This document shows positions 57,683-64,000 of a stretch of 64,000 nucleotides of DNA, piece after piece. The stretch covers positions 110,794,001 through 110,858,000 of the forward strand of contig OZ024741.1 of the NCBI GenBank assembly GCA_964016885.1, in the 5' to 3' direction. A model generated the notes under the pieces. That model was given only the letters and a program-made list of their open reading frames with translations, was not told the DNA's origin and ran no database searches. The translations under genes were made by a program, and so were the position numbers. How positions within the stretch are numbered: position 1 is the first letter of the stretch; every line of letters starts with the position of its first letter. The stretch is from Eledone cirrhosa (Eukaryota).

Positions 57683-60600
57683 GGTTTAGCGTCCGTGTTC
57701 CACGCTTGCATGGGTTTGGACGGGGGTTTTCCCACTTGAGGCAAGAGTGGTTGTCTTGCTCGCATAGGACTGTCTGGCGGGTTTTCTACAGTTGGATGCC
57801 CTTCCTAACACCAACCACATTTACAGTGTGGGGCTGGGAGGTTTTTACCGTGTTGCCTACACGGCCACATTACAGCGTGGACTGTCTGGCGGGTTTTCTA
57901 CAGCTGGATGCCCTTCCTAACACCAACCACATTTACAGTGTGGGGCTGGGAGGTTTTTACCGTGTTGCCTACACGGCCACATTTACAGCGTGGACTGTGT
58001 GTTTTTTTGTCGTGACACCTACACGATCTCATTTGTTTCGGCCTGGATGTTGTGGGACCAACATAACTGTACATTGAAAGGGGCGGTGTGGATGGGGTGG
58101 AGGTGGTGGGACGGGGGGGGGGGGGGGGTTGATAGAGATGCCTACTGACTGTAGTAGGTTTTTACTTTGTATTTAGGTAAGGCGGGTCTTCTCTATTACT
58201 GAGTACCGCCAAAGGTCTCGGTCCAGTGACATTGTCTTGGAGAGGTGTAAGCGTGTGAGGTCGGAATTTATCAGCTCGTCCCAGGTTTTTCTGGGTCTGC
58301 CTACTCCGTGGCTACCGTCTATCTTTATTGCCCTGCACTTTGTTATACAGCTGTCGTCTTTCATGCGCATCACGTGACCGTACCAACGTAGCCTTCTCTC
58401 GAGTAAACAACATCTGATCCCTCTTATTTCTAATTTTTTCCTTAGTTCGTTTATGCTTTGCCGTTCACGTATATTACTATTGCACATCCAGCGGAGCATG
58501 CAAGCTTCGTTCCTCTCTAGTCTGCGTATATCCTCTGCACACAATGCCCAGGTCTCACTGCCATGCAGCATTGCTGTTCGTATGCAGGCATCGTATAACC
58601 TGCCTTTCATTTTTAGGGAGAACCCTCTAGCGGCTAATAGTGGTATAAGCTCTCTGAACTTTTTCCATCCAGTTCTGACTCTAGCTACTGTACTTTCAGA
58701 GCACCCTCCCCCACTGCTGATTTTGTCACCCAGGTAACGGAAGCTGTCCACTATTTCTATAGAACCCTCTGCGCAGTTGAAGGAGCTAGTATTTTGTGGG
58801 CACTTGCTGCTACTTATTGCACCAGTACACCGGCCACATGTAAAATCTATGTTCTTAGTTAGCTTACCTGTGATCCCACTACATCTTTTATGCACCCATA
58901 CTTTGCATTTGGGACATAAAATGGAGTTTCTACCTACGCCTTTCCTACACACTGAGCATGGCCATTTCCCAGATGGGACTGCCGCCATATTTTCTTTCCT
59001 ACAAACTAGAACTTTTGTCTTAGCCAGGTTAATTTTAAGGCCTTTTGATTCTAGGCCGTGCTTCCATGTTTGGAATTTCTTCTCTAGTTCGGTCATTGAT
59101 TCAGCTATGAGCGTTAGATCATCTGCGTATAGGAGTTCCCATGGGCAGCCGGTCTTGAACTCCTCTGTTATAGCCTGAAGGGCAATAATAAATAGTAGGG
59201 GGCTAAGAACAGAGCCCTGATGGACACCAACTTTTACGCTAAACTCTTCACTATATTCGTTGTTAATTCTAACCTTACTGACTGTTTCTTTATACATGGC
59301 TTGTATAGCTCTCACAAGCCATTCGTCAACACCTAGTTTTCTAAGAGACCACCAGATAATGGAACGGGACTCTGTCGAAGGCTTTCTCCAAGTCGACGAA
59401 AGCTAAGTATAGGGGTTTACTTTTAGCTAGGTACTTCTCCTGTAGTTGTCGTACAATGAAAAGAGCGTCTGTGGTACTTTTGCCTGACACAAATCCGAAC
59501 TGCATTTCATCTAGATCAATTCTCTCTCTGATTAGTTGCGCTATTACTTTTTCCGTGACCTTCATGACCTGGTCGATTAATTTAATGCCTCTATAGTTAC
59601 TCCTATGTAGGGCATCTCCTTTTCCCTTATAGCAGTTAACGATGATGCTGCTACGCCAGTCCTTCGGAACAACCCCATTCTGTACGACTTGGTTAACTAT
59701 CCGGGTGACCATGGTGTGTCCCACCGAACCAGATGCCTTCAGCATCTCAGCAACTATTTCCGAAGGACCAGCCGCCTTACCCGTCTTCATATCTTTGATT
59801 GCCTTGCTTATTGTACTACCCTGGACTAACACTGCTGGTCCCTCTATTGGGTCGATGTGGGGGAGACTGTCTTTCTCCCATTTGTTCTCCTCATTTAGAA
59901 GCCTTTCGTAGTGACACTTCCAAGCTACCTTCTTATCAGCGTCGGTGATGGCAAGTATGCCATCATCGTTAAGCACACACTTCTCCCCGACAATATCACG
60001 GTTTTCCTTGACACATTGCCTGGCAATCCTGAACACCTCACGTTTTTGGTCCTCACGTTGTAGAACATGCTTGAACTTTCTTTCCTCTGCTTCCCTTCTT
60101 GCGAAGTACACTTGTCTCCTAGCTTCCCTCCTGGCTACCTGATAGTCTTCTCTACTTCCCCCATCCTGCCATGCTTTCCAAGCCTGCTTTTTGGCCTTAA
60201 TTGACTCCTCCACCTTACTGTTCCACCACCCTGTTACTCTCCTCCTACCTACAGGCCTGCTCCAGCCACAGACTTCGTCTGCCGCCGTCAGCAGGTTTGC
60301 TCTCAGGAATTCCCACTGTTCCTCTATATTATACGACTCTAATTGCTCTTCCTTACTGTCGAAAGCGTCAAGTAATATGCTTTGAAATTTATTTCTGGCT
60401 ATGGGGTCCTTTAGCTTCCATATTTTTCTCCTGAGGATAGTCCTCTTCCGCTGTCTAGTACGTCTCGTCCTGACTATGAGGTCACTAATTATCAGTCTAT
60501 GTTGGGAGGTGAATTCTTCATGGGGGAGGGATTTAGTGTTAACAACAGACACTCTGTCACGTCTTCTGGTAAGGATATAATCTACCTGGCTTGTGTGTTC

Positions 60601-61902
60601 CCCCGATCTATAGGTGATCAAGTGATTGTCTCGTTTTTTGAAGTTAGTGTTACAGATAGTTAAGTTATTTGCGTCGCAGAATTCCAGGATTCTGGAGCCT
60701 TCCTCATTTCTAGTACCGAACCCATAGCCTCCATGGATTCCGTCATAGCCGTCACAATGCTGTCCAACGTGACCATTTAGGTCGCCTGCAATAACTATAT
60801 AGTCACTGTCGGTTATTTGGGAGGTAGCGAGCATCAGTGTCTCGTAGAATCTGTCTTTTATAGCACCGGGCAGTCCGGATTGTGGTGCGTACGCAGATAT
60901 TACTGTCACCGTAGTTTTATTGAGGACAAGTCTTATTTTAATTATTCTGTCGTTCACTCTATTTACGTCTATTATCTTATCTGCCCACTTTTCTGCTACC
61001 ATGATTCCTACCCCACCCAAACCATTGTCATTTCCCACCCAGAAAAGCTTATAGCAACGTTCTTTACCCACGATGAATCTAGCCGACCCTCCCCTCCACC
61101 TGGTCTCTTGAATACAACAAACATCGACCTCCTTACGTTCAAGCATTTCTACAACCTCGTTAGAGCGACCCTTTAAGGTGCCTACATTCATGGTACCAAC
61201 TCTGAAGTTTTGGATTGCGTTTGGAGGGTGGGAGCGGTGGGGCGCTGGGGGGGATGGGGTTATGTTAGCCATCCTGGGCCGAAACAAGGCGGAGTGCTTG
61301 CATTCTCGTCCACGAGGTGAATTTGTCTTTATCTTTGGCATTGTCGCTGAGCGTCCACATTTTTCTCTCTTCAACTCTCCAGAATTCCGTAGTCCATCCA
61401 TCATATCGAAAAGCAACCAGTTAGGCGATAGTATGGGCCTCTGACTTATGATTGGTCCACGTAATAATGGTGGTGCGTGGGGGCGGGTGGGAGGGATGAT
61501 GTGTTGTTAGCGAGAATGTAAGGTTTAAGATAAGATCGCCGTATTTTGGGCATAATTTAACAATAAACGAAAATACAAGATTTGTTTTGTTTAAGAAAAT
61601 ACGATAGAGAAAATGCGGTGATAGGGAAAATATGATTTTTAGAGAAAAAAAAAAAATATGATATAGAATGGTGAAAATATGATATAGTGTGAAATTAGGA
61701 CATAGAACAGTCATTGAATGAATGGATTCGAATGGAGAGAAGAATCGAGAAAAATATTTGGACGTTACTTTATACCGCAAGAAGAGCCATCCCAGAAATA
61801 GCGAGTTGGCAATTGTGATTAATTTTGGTAGGGATTTATCTTATATGTATAGAGAGGGATGGGGGGGGGGGGTATTTAAGCGATCACTAACCGGAAGTGT
61901 TG
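57646..61902 (-). mobile_element. Near full-length RTE-clade LINE (copy 3), antisense within a host intron
   Basis: About 480-bp putative 5' UTR, APE plus RT ORF, 3' UTR and (GAT)n tail. The 5' boundary is approximate and no TSD was identified. Confidence 0.95.
58173..61416 (-). pseudogene. RTE ORF (AP endonuclease, RT, PHD-like finger) split by one 2-nt deletion at ~59366
   Basis: GTMNVGTL, IQETRW, SAYAPQ, AGDLNGHVG, SQVDYIL, SQHR (APE), then RT motifs. GTCCCGTTCC here versus GTCCCCCGCTCC in copy 1. Confidence 0.92.
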
Positions 61903-62126
61903 ACATTTGAAAATTTTAAAGAAGTGAATCTTAAAATAAGCAATAAAATATATTTAATGAACAGCCACGAAATTTAGTAGATAAATTATGTAATATTCAT
62001 TCATTATTTATTCAAAGTAATCCAACTTATTTTACTAATGGGATAAATTATAAACCGTACGCAGTCCCGCGCTCCTTACTTTATTATAGTTTACACATAT
62101 ATATATCTATCTATCTTTCGCTACAG

Positions 62127-62219
62127 AGATCCAGTGATCGTTCATGGAAACCATGTTTGGTGCTGCTGAAAGGCCAAGAACTCTATCTCACAGACAAACG
62201 CAAGGACAATAATTCATTT
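62127..62219 (+). CDS. Exon of ARHGAP21/23-like gene (93 bp, phase 0-0), PH domain
   Basis: CTACAG acceptor, GTGAGT donor; RSSDRSWKPCLVLLKGQELYLTDKRKDNNSF. Confidence 0.9.
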
Positions 62220-62391
62220 GTGAGTTCTTTGCTTTGGTTTCTGATTTCTTATTCCACTAATTCTAACCTATTGTATGTTGTTCTATATGGGATCGTTTTT
62301 TTAATTTTAAAAAAAAAATTGTGGTTTCCAAATTAGTATCAAAATGGTTAAATATGAACTGATATTTTTTTGTCTTATGTTCCAACTGCAG

Positions 62392-62589
62392 ATCTCTGAG
62401 ATTGACCAGCCTGTGTCTGTAAAGTCTTCTTCAGTCGAGGTGGCCACAGATTACACCAAGAAGAAGAATGTATTTCGTCTGACTACCAACAACCCTGCGT
62501 CAGAGTTTCTCTTTCAGGCTGAGGACAGTGACACAATGTCATCTTGGATCCAGGCCCTCAGATCCTCTAGTGATATTCAAGTAGATTAT
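62392..62589 (+). CDS. Exon of ARHGAP21/23-like gene (198 bp, phase 0-0), PH domain C-terminal half
   Basis: CTGCAG acceptor, GTAAGT donor; QPVSVKSSSVEVATDYTKKKNVFRLTT...SEFLFQAEDSDTMSSWIQAL closely resembles the ARHGAP21/23 PH domain. The GAP domain is not in the window. Confidence 0.92.
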
Positions 62590-62805
62590 GTAAGTACATA
62601 ACTTTCCAGATATTCATTGTTTTATCTTTCTATTGTTATCTCTATTATCAAAGAAGCCACATAAAACAATGTGCTACATGTCGAGACTTTATAACTGACT
62701 AGTCAGCATGTCTGTCTGTCTCTTTCCCTCTCTCCCTCTCTCTCTTTATTTATATATATAATGCCTTAACCTTTCACAATTATTTAATATGTTCATCATT
62801 GCCAG

Positions 62806-62941
62806 GAGCCAGTAATTGCCCCGACCCCTAACATCAAAAGCTCCCCACAGATGCCAGTGAAGAGTTCAAAGAAATTACCAGTACTGTCTTTTCGACAAAA
62901 AATGACACATTCCCCAAATCCCCGCCGAAGGAAAAATAACG
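62806..62941 (+). CDS. Exon of ARHGAP21/23-like gene (136 bp, phase 0-1)
   Basis: GCCAG acceptor, G|GTAAGT donor; EPVIAPTPNIKSSPQMPVKSSKKLPVLSFRQKMTHSPNPRRRKNN. Confidence 0.8.
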
Positions 62942-63014
62942 GTAAGTACATTAAAGTATCAAGTAAATTCTACTAGGCATTGGTAAACTTAGGGGATGAG
63001 TTTGTGTTTAATAT

Positions 63015-63372
63015 GGAGGCACATGGCTTAGTGGTTAGAGCATTGGCCTTGCAATCGAAAGGTTGTGAGTTCAATTCTCAGACCGGGTGATGTGTTGTTT
63101 CCTTGAGCAAGACACTTTATTTCACATTGCTCCAGTTTACTCAGCCTGTAGAAATGAGATGATAGGGACTGGGGTCCCTATCATTCCACTGCAAAGTGGT
63201 CGTGGAGGTGCCACGGCAAAAAAGCACCCAGCACTCACTGTAAATGAGGTTGGTGTTAGGAAGGGCATCCAGCTGTAGAAATCAAGCCAGAATCAGTTCC
63301 CGTCCCACCCTTGCAAGCAGGGAAAAGGCGGACGTAAAATGAAATGATGATGATGATGATGATGATGATGAT
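63015..63372 (+). mobile_element. Full-length tRNA-derived CORE-like SINE with RTE-derived 3' tail and (GAT)n end
   Basis: A-box TGGCTTAGTGG, B-box GAGTTCAATTC, CORE-like CCTTGAGCAAGACACTTTATTTCACATTGCTCCAGTTTACTCAGC. Tail GGTTGGTGTTAGGAAGGGCATCCAGCTGTAGAAA is shared with the RTE 3' UTR. Confidence 0.9.
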
Positions 63373-63544
63373 AGGGACAACTTGGGGTTCATGTGTATGT
63401 GTTTCATATAAGGGCTCCTTGGGATTGACATGAGAATGTGTTTGACACAGGGACACCTTGAGATTGAAATGGGGGCATGTTGTGTTTGATATAGGGAACC
63501 CTGTGTTTAACATAGGGACACTTTGGGATTCTTCTTTCTTCTTC

Positions 63545-64000
63545 TTTGCTCTCTTATTCCTGAGAGGATCGTGGGAGCAGAGTCCTCAGACACCTCTTCT
63601 AGAGGGTCCTATCAGAAGCAACCACTCTAAATGATCCAACTGAGCTTATGGATGTTATCCAACCACCTAGTTCGTGGTCTACTTTTGGGTCTCCTGCCAG
63701 TTAGTTTTGCTTATATATAAAATCTGTCAAGTGATTCTTTTCTTAGACATTCTAGCTACATGTCTGTAGTATTGGAGTTGTGATCTCTTGATGCAGAGAA
63801 GTAGCAGCTCTACCTGGAGCAACTCCCTGGTTCAGCAATGCATTGTATCGAGTAACATTGTTCCAAAGACCCTTCGTAGGAACCCCATTTTGGCCTCGTG
63901 TATTCGCAATCATGTTCTTTCAGTCATTACCCCAAATTCATGACCATAGATAAGAATAGGAACAAACACCAAATTGAAGATAGTAAGTATAGCTTTTATA
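63545..64000 (-). mobile_element. Old RTE-type LINE 3' ORF fragment
   Basis: The minus strand reads YGHEFG..TEK...MGFLRRVFG... plus degenerate RRPK..PRTRW motifs. Confidence 0.65.

Noticed and set aside
62392-62589. Beta-spectrin or PSD/EFA6 PH domain as an alternative identity
   Set aside because: The QPVSV...TKKKNVFRLTT...LFQAED motif, the upstream RRTSYLMAT motif and continued coding downstream fit ARHGAP21/23 better. The symbol is left blank because the GAP domain is outside the window.
63015-63090. tRNA gene
   Set aside because: It has A/B boxes but continues into a SINE body and tail, and is multi-copy in the window.

Overview
Repeat-dense eukaryotic (animal) genomic DNA. The SINE/LINE inventory and huge (TA)n tracts suggest a cephalopod such as Octopus; this is an inference. 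Positions 1-15.35 kb are an imperfect (TA)n/(TATG)n mega-microsatellite with two small retroelement-derived islands, followed by a LINE fragment and a 200-N gap. The rest is mostly intronic or intergenic repeat sequence. It contains a 5'-truncated Penelope-like element (RT plus GIY-YIG) with a ~445-bp inverted pseudo-LTR that carries a hammerhead ribozyme motif. There are three young copies of one RTE-clade LINE with a PHD-like finger; one is near full-length and antisense, with a single 2-nt frameshift. There are also tRNA-derived SINEs, hAT, piggyBac-like and Tc1/mariner-like MITEs, and several minisatellites. Seven phase-compatible + strand exons (51797-62941) encode part of an ARHGAP21/23-like protein, including its PH domain. 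All long YI/IY-rich ORFs are microsatellite artefacts. I found no clearly new biological system. The best leads are the hammerhead with an expanded stem II inside an inverted repeat, inverted RTE copies bracketing host exons, a possibly intact RTE, and an unexplained CpG-rich island at ~23 kb.
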